From an uncultured bacterium (GTDB lineage: Bacteria > Krumholzibacteriota > Krumholzibacteriia > Krumholzibacteriales > Krumholzibacteriaceae), in NCBI GenBank assembly GCA_963813815.1, contig CAWFAD010000011.1, positions 128,001 to 192,000 on the forward strand: a stretch of DNA of 64,000 bases. The letters are read 5' to 3'. The notes below the pieces were generated by a model that saw only the letters and a program-made list of their open reading frames with translations, was not told the DNA's origin and made no database searches. The translations under genes and the position numbers were made by a program. This document shows, one piece after another, positions 49,992-61,323 of the stretch (its first letter is position 1; each line of letters starts with the position of its first letter).

Positions 49992-51677
49992 GTGGAGCAG
50001 GTCAGAAAAGTGGTTCCCGAGGTCGAACCGGGCCGCGCCAACCTGCGATCCTACTGGAAGGTATTTTGGCGGAAAAAATTCTATCTCGTCGTGCCGCTCG
50101 TCCTCTCGTCGGCGATCGCCGTGGCGGGCGTACGGCGCCTGACCCCGATTTACGAATCCCGCACGATGATCGCCATTGAGGACAAGAACATTCTCGCCCC
50201 CACGATGGAGCGCTTCGTTCAGCCTTCGACCGACAACCGCGACCAGCTCCGAACGCAGCGGTACCGGGCGATGATCGAGACGAGGGTCAAGAGCAGCGAT
50301 TTCCTTCGCCTCATCGTCGAGGATCTCGGCATCGATCGCTCGCCCGAGGTGCGGCGCCGCGTCTCATCGGCCATGGGCCAGGAGATGCAGGGCATCCCGC
50401 TCGACGATCTCGTGATGCGATACCTCGTCGGCGTACTCAAGAAAAAGATCGACGTGCAAAACCCCATGGGGGATTTTTTCACCGTCGGCGTGAACGACAG
50501 CGATCCGGCGACCGCGTTCGTTCTCGCCGGCAAGATCGCCGAAAAGTTCATCGAGGTCACGCGGCAGGACCAGATTCAGGGCGTTCGTCAGGCGGGAGCC
50601 TTCAGCGACGAGCAGCTCGCCATTTACAAAGACAAGCTCGACGCATCCGAGAAAGAGCTGTCCCGCGTGAAACGCGAGATGGCCTCGGCCGAGGTCGAGA
50701 GCAATCCGGTGGACGCCGCGAATATCCATTACGCGCAGGCGCTCAAGCAGACGGCGAAGGCGGAGGCGGATCGGAGCGTCATTGCCTATCGCCGCGTGCG
50801 CGAGAGGCTCCTCGGCCTCACGAGCCTCGTGCCGACCTCCGATCGCATCACGCAGGACGAGACGATCCGAACCCTCGAGAGCAATCTCGCCGGCTACGGA
50901 GAGGAGAAGCTGCTGCGCGATCTCACGGGCGGCGAGCAGACGGAGATGCCGGTGGACCGGTACGAGAGCGCGGCCGCGGCGCTGCGCGCCCGCATCGCGC
51001 AACTCGTCGGAATCGAGTACGCCTCGGCCTCCGCGGAGCTGCATCCGCTCATCATCGAGTACTATTACCAGCGCGCGCTGAGCGAGTATTTCGCCTCCGT
51101 CGACCGGAAGCTCCAAAGCTATCTCGATCAGTATGCGAACAGCTACGCGCGCCGGCCCGCTCTCGAGCGGGAGTACAACCGGCTCGCGCAGGAGGTCGAG
51201 ACGAGCCGCGCCATATACAAGGTGTTTCTCGACTCGAAGACTTCGGCTCGGGTCACCGAGGCCGTCCAATCGACCAATCTCGGTCTCAGCATGACGATCA
51301 TCGAGCGCGCCGAGAAGCCGCTCCAACCCGTGCGGCCCGAACCGCTCAAGATCATCCTGATATCGGTGATCTTCGGAGTCGCCTGCGGCATCGGCGCGAT
51401 TCTCATCACCGAGTATCTCGACGATTCCTTCCGATCGGTCGACGAGGTGGAGCGGGAGCTCAAGGTATCTGTTCTCGGCACGGTTCCGAAGATGGTGGAG
51501 GGCTTTTCGTGGGAGCGGAGGAGGAGGGGCATCGTCATCCTGTCGTGGCTCGTCGGGATCGTCCTCTTCGCCGCGATCATGTCGGCGTCTCTCTTTTTCT
51601 ACGCCAACTCTCTGAAATCGAGCGGCCTCGGTGTCGAGCTCGTCGATGAACGTGCGCAAACGGAGGACCTGCGATGA
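49992..51677 (+). CDS. Polysaccharide co-polymerase (Wzc N-terminal/GumC family)
   Basis: N-terminal TM, PIYES, coiled coil, P..P.RP TM, EYLDDSFRSVDEVE..VLGTVP, extra C-terminal TM. Confidence 0.88.
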   Translation: MEQVRKVVPEVEPGRANLRSYWKVFWRKKFYLVVPLVLSSAIAVAGVRRLTPIYESRTMIAIEDKNILAPTMERFVQPSTDNRDQLRTQRYRAMIETRVKSSDFLRLIVEDLGIDRSPEVRRRVSSAMGQEMQGIPLDDLVMRYLVGVLKKKIDVQNPMGDFFTVGVNDSDPATAFVLAGKIAEKFIEVTRQDQIQGVRQAGAFSDEQLAIYKDKLDASEKELSRVKREMASAEVESNPVDAANIHYAQALKQTAKAEADRSVIAYRRVRERLLGLTSLVPTSDRITQDETIRTLESNLAGYGEEKLLRDLTGGEQTEMPVDRYESAAAALRARIAQLVGIEYASASAELHPLIIEYYYQRALSEYFASVDRKLQSYLDQYANSYARRPALEREYNRLAQEVETSRAIYKVFLDSKTSARVTEAVQSTNLGLSMTIIERAEKPLQPVRPEPLKIILISVIFGVACGIGAILITEYLDDSFRSVDEVERELKVSVLGTVPKMVEGFSWERRRRGIVILSWLVGIVLFAAIMSASLFFYANSLKSSGLGVELVDERAQTEDLR

Positions 51678-52435
51678 GCGAAGCCGGGAGCAGAAACATC
51701 TACGACGTGTTCGATCAGGAGAGCCCCATGGCGACGGAGATGCGCAGGCTCTACTCGAACATCCGCCATCGGCAGGGGCGGCCCGACATGAGGAGCTTCC
51801 TCATAACGAGCGCGCACCGGGGCGAGGGAAAGAGCACGATCGCCTCGCATCTCGCTCTGACCGTCGCGCGATTCAAGGGGAAGAAGTCGCTCATCGTGGA
51901 CGCGGATCTGCGCCGTCCGCGGCTGCACGACATCTTCTCGGTGCCGCGCGAGCCGGGTCTCATCGAGTGTCTCCAGGGCAAGATCGATCCGCTCGCGGCG
52001 GTCAAGGATACGGCGGTGGAAAATCTCAAGGTGATTCCGGCCGGCGCGGCCACGGAATCGCCGGCGCACCTCTTCGAGGGAGAAATACTATCGGAGATCT
52101 TCAAGAAGATCCGCTTCTACTACGACATCGTGATCGTCGACTGCGCGCCCGTCATTCCGGTGAGCGATCCGATGCTCATCGCGAGCGAGGTGGACGGGGT
52201 CATTCTCGTGCTGCTCGCCGGAAAGACCCCTCGGAACGTGGCGCTTCGCGCCTGCGATATCCTGCGGGACGCCGAAGCGAACATCCTCGGCGTCGTGGTC
52301 AACAACCTCGCGGAGGTTCTGCCGTACTACTACGATTACAAGTACTACGGATATCGCGAGCAGGAGGGCGGCAGGGGATATTCGCATTCCGGAGAGAGAT
52401 CTCCCGCGGACGGCGGACCGGGAGGTGCGCCGTGA
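51674..52435 (+). CDS. CpsD/CapB family BY-kinase
   Basis: GEGKST, IVDADLRRP, VIVDCAP, Tyr cluster YYYDYKYYGY. Confidence 0.92.
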   Translation: MSEAGSRNIYDVFDQESPMATEMRRLYSNIRHRQGRPDMRSFLITSAHRGEGKSTIASHLALTVARFKGKKSLIVDADLRRPRLHDIFSVPREPGLIECLQGKIDPLAAVKDTAVENLKVIPAGAATESPAHLFEGEILSEIFKKIRFYYDIVIVDCAPVIPVSDPMLIASEVDGVILVLLAGKTPRNVALRACDILRDAEANILGVVVNNLAEVLPYYYDYKYYGYREQEGGRGYSHSGERSPADGGPGGAP

Positions 52436-53526
52436 GAATCACGCGCTTCGGGGGCGCCGTCGTTCTGGCGTGCCTCGCCCTGTGGCCCGTCTCATGTCTC
52501 GCCGTCGGAGATTCGCTCTGCGTGCGCTTCACGGGGACCGGGACGGGCGAGACGATAACGCTCACGCGTGGCAGCGTGACGGCGGGGGAGCTCCCCGTCA
52601 CGCTGTGCGGGCTCGCCAGGAACGAAGTCTATCGCCTCGAGCTCGGCGGCCCCGGCTTCGAGCGCCGCGTCGGAAAGGCGCGCGTGGTCGAGGCGGGGGC
52701 GAGCATCGCGGGGATTCGGTTCGGGACGATCGCCCGGAACGCGGTTCTGCCCGGCCTCGGGTCGGCGTGGGCCGGGAGGCCGGGTGCCGCCGCCGCGGAC
52801 GGAGTATCCCTCGCGGCGTCCCTCGTCGCGCTCGCGCGCGAGCAGCGCGAGTACGAGCACCTCCGCAATCGCCTCGATATCCTGGAGTCGCTCGTGGCCT
52901 CGGCGGCCACGTACGAAGGGGCGGCGCTGGCGGAGGAGGCCGCCCACGAAACGTCGCGCATGGTGAACGTGCAGAACGCTCACCGCCGGCGTCTCGCGGC
53001 GCTCTGCGGCGCCCTCTACGGATGGCAGGCGATCGAGCCGATTCTCGCCGACGCGCCTCCGCGGTGGAAGAGAGGCGTGGAAAAATCCACGGTCAGCCTG
53101 ACCGGCGCCCGGGAATCCAGGGCGAAGGCGTTTTTCTACTCGCTCATCCGTCCCGGCCGCGGACAGCTCTATCAGGGAAAAACCGTTCGCGGGATTCTTT
53201 TTTCCACGGCGACGCTCGCCGCCGGTCTCGCGGCGCTCGATTTCCAGAACCGCTACGACGAGGCCCAGGCCGAGTACGATCTGTGCGTCGAACGATTCGA
53301 GGCCGCGGCGACCGTCGATGACAAGGTGGCGCTCGCAGCCGAGTGCGAGCTCCTGAGGGGTGACGCGGAGGATGACGGGCGGTGTCGAAACATCTCGCTC
53401 ATCGCGCTGGCCGCGATCTGGAGCTGGAACTGCGCCGACACATTCTTCGGCGGAAACGACGTCAGCGTGTCCCGCTACTCCCTCGCCGTCGATGCGCGCG
53501 GAGCGGCCGTTTCCGTTCGATTCTGA
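52432..53526 (+). CDS. Hypothetical exported protein with two DUF5683-like repeats
   Basis: Signal peptide; repeats NAVLPGLGSAWAGR and YSLIRPGRGQLYQGK; ends in ..AVSVRF. Confidence 0.65.
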   Translation: MRITRFGGAVVLACLALWPVSCLAVGDSLCVRFTGTGTGETITLTRGSVTAGELPVTLCGLARNEVYRLELGGPGFERRVGKARVVEAGASIAGIRFGTIARNAVLPGLGSAWAGRPGAAAADGVSLAASLVALAREQREYEHLRNRLDILESLVASAATYEGAALAEEAAHETSRMVNVQNAHRRRLAALCGALYGWQAIEPILADAPPRWKRGVEKSTVSLTGARESRAKAFFYSLIRPGRGQLYQGKTVRGILFSTATLAAGLAALDFQNRYDEAQAEYDLCVERFEAAATVDDKVALAAECELLRGDAEDDGRCRNISLIALAAIWSWNCADTFFGGNDVSVSRYSLAVDARGAAVSVRF

Positions 53527-53544
53527 GGTATGGAGGTTCACGCC

Positions 53545-55083
53545 ATGAAGCGGATATCGATGCTCGCCCTATCGCTCGCCATCGCGGCCTTTTCCGCCGG
53601 TTGCCTCGACGATATCGTCGAGGCTCCTCTCGAGATCCCTGACCGGAATCTCGCGGCGCCGGAGGCTCTCGCCGCCGAGGCGGGAAACGGATCCGTCACG
53701 CTTCGCTGGCATTCCGTCGTCGGCGCGGAGTCCTACCGGGTGTACCGCGCGACCGATAATGCAACGCCCGGCGATCTCATCGCCGAAACGACCGATACGG
53801 CATACGTCGACTCGAAGGTCCAAAACGGGATCGTCTATGCTTACCGCATCGCCGGGATCGGCGCGAGCGGGCTCGAGGGGCCGCTGAGCGACGCGGTCAT
53901 AGCGCGACCCGGCATCTACGCCGTCATCGTAAACGGCGGCGAGGCCTACACGGGGGCGAGCACGGTCACGCTGTCCCTGACCGCTCCGACGACGACGGAA
54001 AACATGATGATATCGCGAAGCTCGCTCTTCGAGGGCGCGGCGTGGGAGAGCTACGCCGCCTCCCGCGTTTTCGCGATCGACGGGCCGGACGGGACAATCA
54101 CGATATACGCCAAGTTCCGCGACGCCGGGGGGGCGCTCTCTCCCGTTGTCTCGGACGACATCGAAAAGGATACCTACGCTCGCGTCGTCTCGGTGGAGAT
54201 TCTCCCCGAGCAGCCTCTCTACGCGCCCGGAGAGACCGTGCGGTTCCGCATGCGCGTCGAGGGTGACGAAACGGGGGGGAGAGGTGCCGTCTCGTTCCCG
54301 GGCCTCGATCAGGTGGTGGAGCTCCGCGATGACGGACGGGGAGGCGACGAGACGGCTGATGACGGAATCTACGAGGCGGAGTACATCCTGCCCATTTCCC
54401 TTCGGGGAATCGACATTCCCCTCACCGCGTACTTCATCGACCGCGCTTCGAACGAGGCTCCCTCCCTCGCTTCGGGAACGATATCCTTCACGGATCCCCC
54501 GGAACCGGTTACGCTTATCGGAGCCGTCGATTCAACCGAGACGAGCATCACAATCAAGTGGGTCGCCTCGGACGAGCAGTATTTCGCGAGCTATCGGATC
54601 TATCGGGCGGAGGCGCCCGGCGTGGCGGAGACGCCCGTCAACCTGGTGCGCGAGCTTTTCAGCGCCGCGCAGACGAGCTACCCGGACGGCCAGCTCATCG
54701 AGGGGAGAAGCTACTACTACCGGATTTTCGTGGTGAACGATCTCGGGGAATCGGCGGGGAGCAACGAGATAGCGGCCAGCACGTACGACGCCTACCCGAC
54801 GGTCCCCGTTCTCGACGAGCCGACCTCCGTGGGGCCGACGAGAGCGACGCTCACGTGGTCGGCGATCCCGGATACTGATTTCAAGGAGTACCGGCTCTAT
54901 CGATCGACGGAGCCCGGGGTGACGGACGCGTCGCTTCTCGTGGCGACGATCACGGATCGCGAGATCACGTACTTCGACGACGCCGGGCTTGACACGAGCT
55001 CGAATATCTACTACTATCGAGTCTACGCGGTTGATCTGGGTGAAAAGTACTCACGAAGCAATGAGGTCGACACGGAGCTATAG
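53545..55083 (+). CDS. Fibronectin type III repeat lipoprotein
   Basis: GGAGG RBS; lipobox FSAGC; three FN3-like units (W..YRVYR..Y.YR); DDGRGGDETADDGIY Ca-binding-like motif. Confidence 0.8.
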   Translation: MKRISMLALSLAIAAFSAGCLDDIVEAPLEIPDRNLAAPEALAAEAGNGSVTLRWHSVVGAESYRVYRATDNATPGDLIAETTDTAYVDSKVQNGIVYAYRIAGIGASGLEGPLSDAVIARPGIYAVIVNGGEAYTGASTVTLSLTAPTTTENMMISRSSLFEGAAWESYAASRVFAIDGPDGTITIYAKFRDAGGALSPVVSDDIEKDTYARVVSVEILPEQPLYAPGETVRFRMRVEGDETGGRGAVSFPGLDQVVELRDDGRGGDETADDGIYEAEYILPISLRGIDIPLTAYFIDRASNEAPSLASGTISFTDPPEPVTLIGAVDSTETSITIKWVASDEQYFASYRIYRAEAPGVAETPVNLVRELFSAAQTSYPDGQLIEGRSYYYRIFVVNDLGESAGSNEIAASTYDAYPTVPVLDEPTSVGPTRATLTWSAIPDTDFKEYRLYRSTEPGVTDASLLVATITDREITYFDDAGLDTSSNIYYYRVYAVDLGEKYSRSNEVDTEL

Positions 55084-55303
55084 GGGCGATTTCGATCGGT
55101 TTCGTGTAGACGCGAGTGAGTAAATTTCACCAAGCGGCTCATTAAATAGGGAAAAATCGCGCTAATTTTTTCGTACTTGGGGCGAACGGAAGCTCCTTCG
55201 GCGGGGCTACGATTGTCTGTATAGCTCGCTATCATACTATACAGCAATAGGATAGAGGTCAACATGCAAGCCATTCCTAGCACGAAAAACAATTCTTAAT
55301 TTG

Positions 55304-55318
55304 AGGAATGGAACTTGC
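55304..55318 (+). promoter_or_regulatory. Possible sigma54 promoter
   Basis: AGGAATGGAACTTGC, with GG and GC at the correct 12-bp register in an AT-rich intergenic region. Confidence 0.4.
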
Positions 55319-55336
55319 GTTAGGGGGGGGTAACAA

Positions 55337-56188
55337 GTGCCAGTAGTGCGTCCGGGGAGACCGTCTCCAGAGAGCAAGCATATGTCGTTTTTCAATAGAA
55401 CTATGATTCAGCGAGAGCGCCAGTTCGAGACGTTCGAGGCGGGCGAGCCCGGCCGCATCGACGAGCTCCTCGGCCGCTCGGAGTCCCTGCGCGTTCTTGC
55501 GTCGCCTCGAACGGGCGCCTTCCCCGCCGTCAAGAGGGCATTCGACGTCGTTATCTCCTCCGCGGCGCTTCTCGCGCTCGCGCCGGTTCTCGCGCTCGCG
55601 GCGGCGGCGATAAAGATCGATTCCCCCGGGGCCGTTTTCTTCGTTCAGGAGAGGATCGGGCTCAACCGCCGGCGCGGCGAACGGCGCTCGCGCGTCGCGG
55701 GCGTCGGGAGCGAGAGCCGCTCGGGCGCCGACCGGAGAAAGAACGTGCATCCCGGCCGCCCGTTCAAAATATACAAGATGAGGACGATGGTGCAGGACGC
55801 CGAGCGGTTCGGGCCGGCGCTCGCCTACGAGAGCGATCCCCGCATCACGCGCGTGGGACGTTTCATGCGCAAGACGCGGATCGATGAGCTGCCGCAGTTC
55901 CTGAACGTGCTGCGCGGCGACATGAGCATCATCGGTCCCCGGCCGGAGCGCTCGTTCTTCATCAACCGCGTCCGCCACGAGGTGCCGCAGTTCACGATGC
56001 GCCTGCTCGTCAAGCCGGGCATCACGGGCCTCGCGCAAGTGGAAAACGGCTACACGTCGAGCATCGACGAGATGCGGAACAAGCTCTTCTACGACCTCAA
56101 GTACATCGCCGAATTCTCCCTCTGGCAGGAGATACGCATTCTCTTCAAAACGGTCTACGTGGTCGTGACGGGCAAGGGCGCCTGCTGA
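55337..56188 (+). CDS. Bacterial sugar transferase (priming glycosylphosphotransferase) with Arg-rich insert
   Basis: [44 protein letters not shown]; start may be ATG 55382. Confidence 0.9.
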   Translation: MPVVRPGRPSPESKHMSFFNRTMIQRERQFETFEAGEPGRIDELLGRSESLRVLASPRTGAFPAVKRAFDVVISSAALLALAPVLALAAAAIKIDSPGAVFFVQERIGLNRRRGERRSRVAGVGSESRSGADRRKNVHPGRPFKIYKMRTMVQDAERFGPALAYESDPRITRVGRFMRKTRIDELPQFLNVLRGDMSIIGPRPERSFFINRVRHEVPQFTMRLLVKPGITGLAQVENGYTSSIDEMRNKLFYDLKYIAEFSLWQEIRILFKTVYVVVTGKGAC

Positions 56189-56277
56189 CGGCGCCACCCC
56201 CGCGTGGCCTCCGACCGCCTCCCCGGGCGGGCGGATTGTCTTGACCTGCCGCGCTTCGCTCCGTAAACTCGCGTCCG

Positions 56278-58326
56278 ATGAATATCCTCAGGCGATATCG
56301 CGATCTCGTTCTCGTATGCGCCGGGTACAGCGTTCTCGTGGCGCTATCGACCGTCGTGCCGTGGTGGGTATGTCTCGCCGCCGGTCTCGTTCTCACCGCT
56401 CTCGCGATCGAGCGCCGGCGCCGCGCGCACCGGCGCAGGATCGAGGCGATCCAGCAGCGGCTCTCGAACCTGCGGAGCGAGGGGATCGTCATCGAGGAAA
56501 AGGAGAGGGGATCCGAGGACGACGTCCTGCAGCGCGTGATCATGACGCTGCTCGGCGATCTCGAGCGGACGCTCTTCAAGCTCGTCGAGAAGAACATCCA
56601 GCTTCTGAGCGTCAAGGAGATCGGGCGCACGATCATCAGCTCCCTCGATGAGCAGCGGCTCGTGGATTCCGTTTTCGAGTACCTGAACCGGGGGGTCGGG
56701 TACAAGGAAGCGGCGTTCATCATTCTCCGGAAAAAGAAGCGCACCTTTCAGGCGATCGTAACGATCGAGCAGCCCTCGCGGGTGGTGCGACGATCGCTCA
56801 CCGTCGATTATGCGGATCTCGCGAGCTCCGTGTCCCAGGCATGCCTCGCCGGCAAGTCGTTTCTCATCAAGGATGCGGCGATGCACCCTCTGTTTACGGC
56901 CGCGGGCGAGCCGCTCTTTCCGGACAGCACGATGACGTCCTACCTCTGCGTGCCCCTTCTGAAATCGGTCGAAACGGGCGTCTGCGGCGAGAGCGAGGAT
57001 TGCGTTCTCCGCAAAGGAGCCTCCCCGCCCGAGCCGGCGGCGCCGGTGTACCTGGGAAACGAGGAATGCCTCGGCTGCCCCCATATGCCGCTGCTCGGCG
57101 CGCTCGTCGTGACCGACGGATTTCGTGGCACGGCGCTCACGAACGTCGATCAGGTGACCCTCGAAACCGTGGCCTCTCTCGTGAGTTCCAACATGGAGAA
57201 CTGGTACCTCTACCAGGAGCTCCGGCAGGAGGAGCTGTTTCGCGAGCGAGTGATCGAGGGGATGCTGAACGGCGTCTTCGTCATCGATCGGGAGGGCAAC
57301 GTCACGCTTGCCAACAGAACCGCGCGGGATATGAGCCAATACAAGCAGCGGCAGGTGCGGACGCTGCGAATCGACGAGCTCTTCGTTGCGCAGGCCGGAG
57401 GGAAGGACGAGTCGTCCTCGCTTCTGCGCGTGTTCGAACGCGGATCGCCCCTCACGCACCGGGAGGCCTACCTGCGGCGGCGGGACGGGATGCACGTGCC
57501 GATCCGCATGAACGTCGCGCCGATGGCGGGCGAGGACGGGGAAGTGCAGGGGGCGATCATCGAGTTCATCGATTTGAGCGAGATGAGGCGCATGGAAGAG
57601 GAGATTCGCTACCTCGACCGGCTTGCCGTGCTCGGACGGTTCACGTCGGCGGTCGCGCACGAGATTCGGAACCCGCTGACGGGCATCGCCGCGGGCATCC
57701 AGTACATCAACCGCTCGCAGGCGCTTCCGGCCGATCAGCGGGAGAACATCGTGTTCATCCTGAACGAGGTGGATCGTCTCAATCGCATCGTGACCGATCT
57801 CTTCAAGGTCTCGAAGCCGCGCGATCTGCTCTGCCAGCCCATAGCGGTTGCGGAGCTCGTCGAACGAAGCCGCCGCTCGATCGGAAACCTTTTCGAGGGA
57901 AAGGGAATCACGCTCGCCGTGTCGATCGATGACGACGTGCCCCCCATCGATATCGATCCCGACCAGATCATTCAGGTGCTCATCAACCTTTTCAAGAACG
58001 CGATCGAGGCCTCGGCGGCCGAGAGCGAGATTCGGGTGCAGGGCCGGCGCTACGCGGGGGGCGACCCAGAAGTGGTGCGGGAACGGGATACGGAGCTCGT
58101 CTGCATCGAGGTTGCCGATAGCGGGCAGGGAATCAGCCGCGAGGACCTCGAAAAGATCTGGGAGCCGTTCTTCTCGCGGAAAAAGGGAGGAACCGGCCTC
58201 GGGCTCTTCGTCAGCCAGAGCATCGTGCTGCGCCATCAGGGCCGGCTCTCCGTGACCTCGGCGCCCGGAGAGGGCGCCACGTTCAGGGTGTATCTGCCGA
58301 TCACTCGGCCGCGAAAAGGAGGGTAG
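56278..58326 (+). CDS. Membrane sensor histidine kinase (GAF-PAS-HisKA-HATPase)
   Basis: 2 TM, GAF, PAS, AHEIRNPL, NLFKNA, DSGQGI, PFFS..GGTGLGL. Confidence 0.93.
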   Translation: MNILRRYRDLVLVCAGYSVLVALSTVVPWWVCLAAGLVLTALAIERRRRAHRRRIEAIQQRLSNLRSEGIVIEEKERGSEDDVLQRVIMTLLGDLERTLFKLVEKNIQLLSVKEIGRTIISSLDEQRLVDSVFEYLNRGVGYKEAAFIILRKKKRTFQAIVTIEQPSRVVRRSLTVDYADLASSVSQACLAGKSFLIKDAAMHPLFTAAGEPLFPDSTMTSYLCVPLLKSVETGVCGESEDCVLRKGASPPEPAAPVYLGNEECLGCPHMPLLGALVVTDGFRGTALTNVDQVTLETVASLVSSNMENWYLYQELRQEELFRERVIEGMLNGVFVIDREGNVTLANRTARDMSQYKQRQVRTLRIDELFVAQAGGKDESSSLLRVFERGSPLTHREAYLRRRDGMHVPIRMNVAPMAGEDGEVQGAIIEFIDLSEMRRMEEEIRYLDRLAVLGRFTSAVAHEIRNPLTGIAAGIQYINRSQALPADQRENIVFILNEVDRLNRIVTDLFKVSKPRDLLCQPIAVAELVERSRRSIGNLFEGKGITLAVSIDDDVPPIDIDPDQIIQVLINLFKNAIEASAAESEIRVQGRRYAGGDPEVVRERDTELVCIEVADSGQGISREDLEKIWEPFFSRKKGGTGLGLFVSQSIVLRHQGRLSVTSAPGEGATFRVYLPITRPRKGG

Positions 58327-58327
58327 G

Positions 58328-59742
<1,415 letters not shown>

Positions 59743-59746
<4 letters not shown>

Positions 59747-60252
59747 CGGGGCGCCGGATAGGGATCATGGCCTGCGCGGCCGCGGCCCTCTCGACGCTCG
59801 TCTCCTGCGGCTATTACAGCACGAAGGGGAGGAGCGCGGGGGACATCAAGCGGATCGCGGTTCCCTACCTCGCGAACGAGACCGCGGAGCCGGAGATCGA
59901 GATCGAGATCACGCGGAGCATCATCGACGGGCTCGTCAAGGACAACACCCTCAAAGTAGTGGAGGGCGCGGAGGCGGACGCGGTCCTCGAGGGAGCGGTG
60001 GAGAGATACCAGAACATCCCGTTCACGTTCGATACGAAGCTTCAGGCGCAGCAGTACCGCCTCGTGATCGCGATCGACGTCTCTCTCTTCGATCCCAAAA
60101 CGAACGCGTACATCTGGCGGGACAAAAAAATAGAGGCCCACGGCGATTACTACCTTGAAGCGGAGGGCCAGCGGACGTACGATGAGGCGCTTGCGGACGT
60201 ATACCGGTATCTCGTGGAAGGGATTCTGAACGCGACGGTGCAGGAGTGGTAG
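59743..60252 (+). CDS. lptE: LPS assembly lipoprotein LptE
   Basis: Lipobox LVSCGY, IAVPYLANET, C-terminal W; precedes holA. Confidence 0.8.
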
Positions 60253-60256
60253 CGGC

Positions 60257-61282
60257 ATGAAGTCGGGGATGACGCATTACAAGAGGATATTCGGGGATGT
60301 CGAGCGGCGCGACATCGCGAGCCTCTACCTGCTGCAGGGAACGGAGGGCCTCATCATGGAGGAGATGGCGCAGAAGATCGTCTCCTCGCTCGTGCCCGAG
60401 GATCTCCGTGCCTTCAACCTCACGACGGCCTACGGCAGCGAGATCGACATCGAGGCGTTCGTCGCCTCGGCGGCCTCGTTTCCGTTTCTTTCGGATCACC
60501 GGGTGCTCGTGCTCAAGGAGCTCGAAAAGCTGCGCGGGGGCTGGAAGGAGCTCGTGCGGTACTGCCGCAACCCCGTGCCCACGAGCGTCGTCGTCTTCCT
60601 CTACCGGAGCGTCGACGAGCGCGGGGCGAAGCTCCGGGATCCGCGCGATTTCTCGGCCCTCGCCGAGGCCGTGCGGGCGTCGGGAAGGGTTCTGACGTTC
60701 GATTCGCTTCCCGAGCCGGACATCCTCCAGTGGGTCAGACAGAAGGCTCGACAGCTCGGTTTCGAGATCTCCCCGGAGGCGGCCGAAGCGCTCAGGAGGA
60801 GCGTCGGGGGGGATCTCTTCGATCTGCGCAACGAGCTCTCGAAGCTCGCGCTCCGCTTCGAGGGGAAAACGGTCCGCGAGGAGGACCTGGCCGCGGTCAT
60901 AGGCGGATTCCGGCTGAACTCGGTCTACGAGCTCATCGACGCGATCGAGCCCGGGAGGGAGGGGACGGCGCTGGCGATCCTCGATCGCATCCTCGCGACG
61001 GGGGCAGAGCGGCCCTCGTCGATCCTGTACCATCTCACGCGCCATTTCCTCGCGATGCTGAGGATCCGGTCTGGAGCGGCCTCGCGGGGATACGTTTCCG
61101 AGCGCCAGCGGCGCAGGGCGCAGGCGTTCGACGTCCGCGCGCTCCTCGTTTGGCTCGAGAACATACGGTGCGCTGAGCTCGCGATCAAAACGAGCTCCTT
61201 CCCCGAGGAGGCGCTGCTCGCGGCGGCGTTCGCCCACGCTTTTCGGGGAAGATGCATGAATCATCAATTTTCGGCGGCGTAG
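60257..61282 (+). CDS. holA: DNA polymerase III delta subunit
   Basis: LYLLQGTE, FN, PFLSDHRVLVL, GGDLFDLRNELSKL, ELAIKT. Confidence 0.88.
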   Translation: MKSGMTHYKRIFGDVERRDIASLYLLQGTEGLIMEEMAQKIVSSLVPEDLRAFNLTTAYGSEIDIEAFVASAASFPFLSDHRVLVLKELEKLRGGWKELVRYCRNPVPTSVVVFLYRSVDERGAKLRDPRDFSALAEAVRASGRVLTFDSLPEPDILQWVRQKARQLGFEISPEAAEALRRSVGGDLFDLRNELSKLALRFEGKTVREEDLAAVIGGFRLNSVYELIDAIEPGREGTALAILDRILATGAERPSSILYHLTRHFLAMLRIRSGAASRGYVSERQRRRAQAFDVRALLVWLENIRCAELAIKTSSFPEEALLAAAFAHAFRGRCMNHQFSAA

Positions 61283-61323
61283 AATGCGCCCGCGCGGATC
61301 GCGGGCGGTGACAAAGGGGGGCT

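Noticed and set aside
55217..55244. CTGT...ACAG as a LexA SOS box
   Set aside because: Spacing is 20 bp, not 8
55323..55330. G8 tract as a phase-variation switch
   Set aside because: Non-coding and positioned as the RBS for GTG 55337; no evidence of variation
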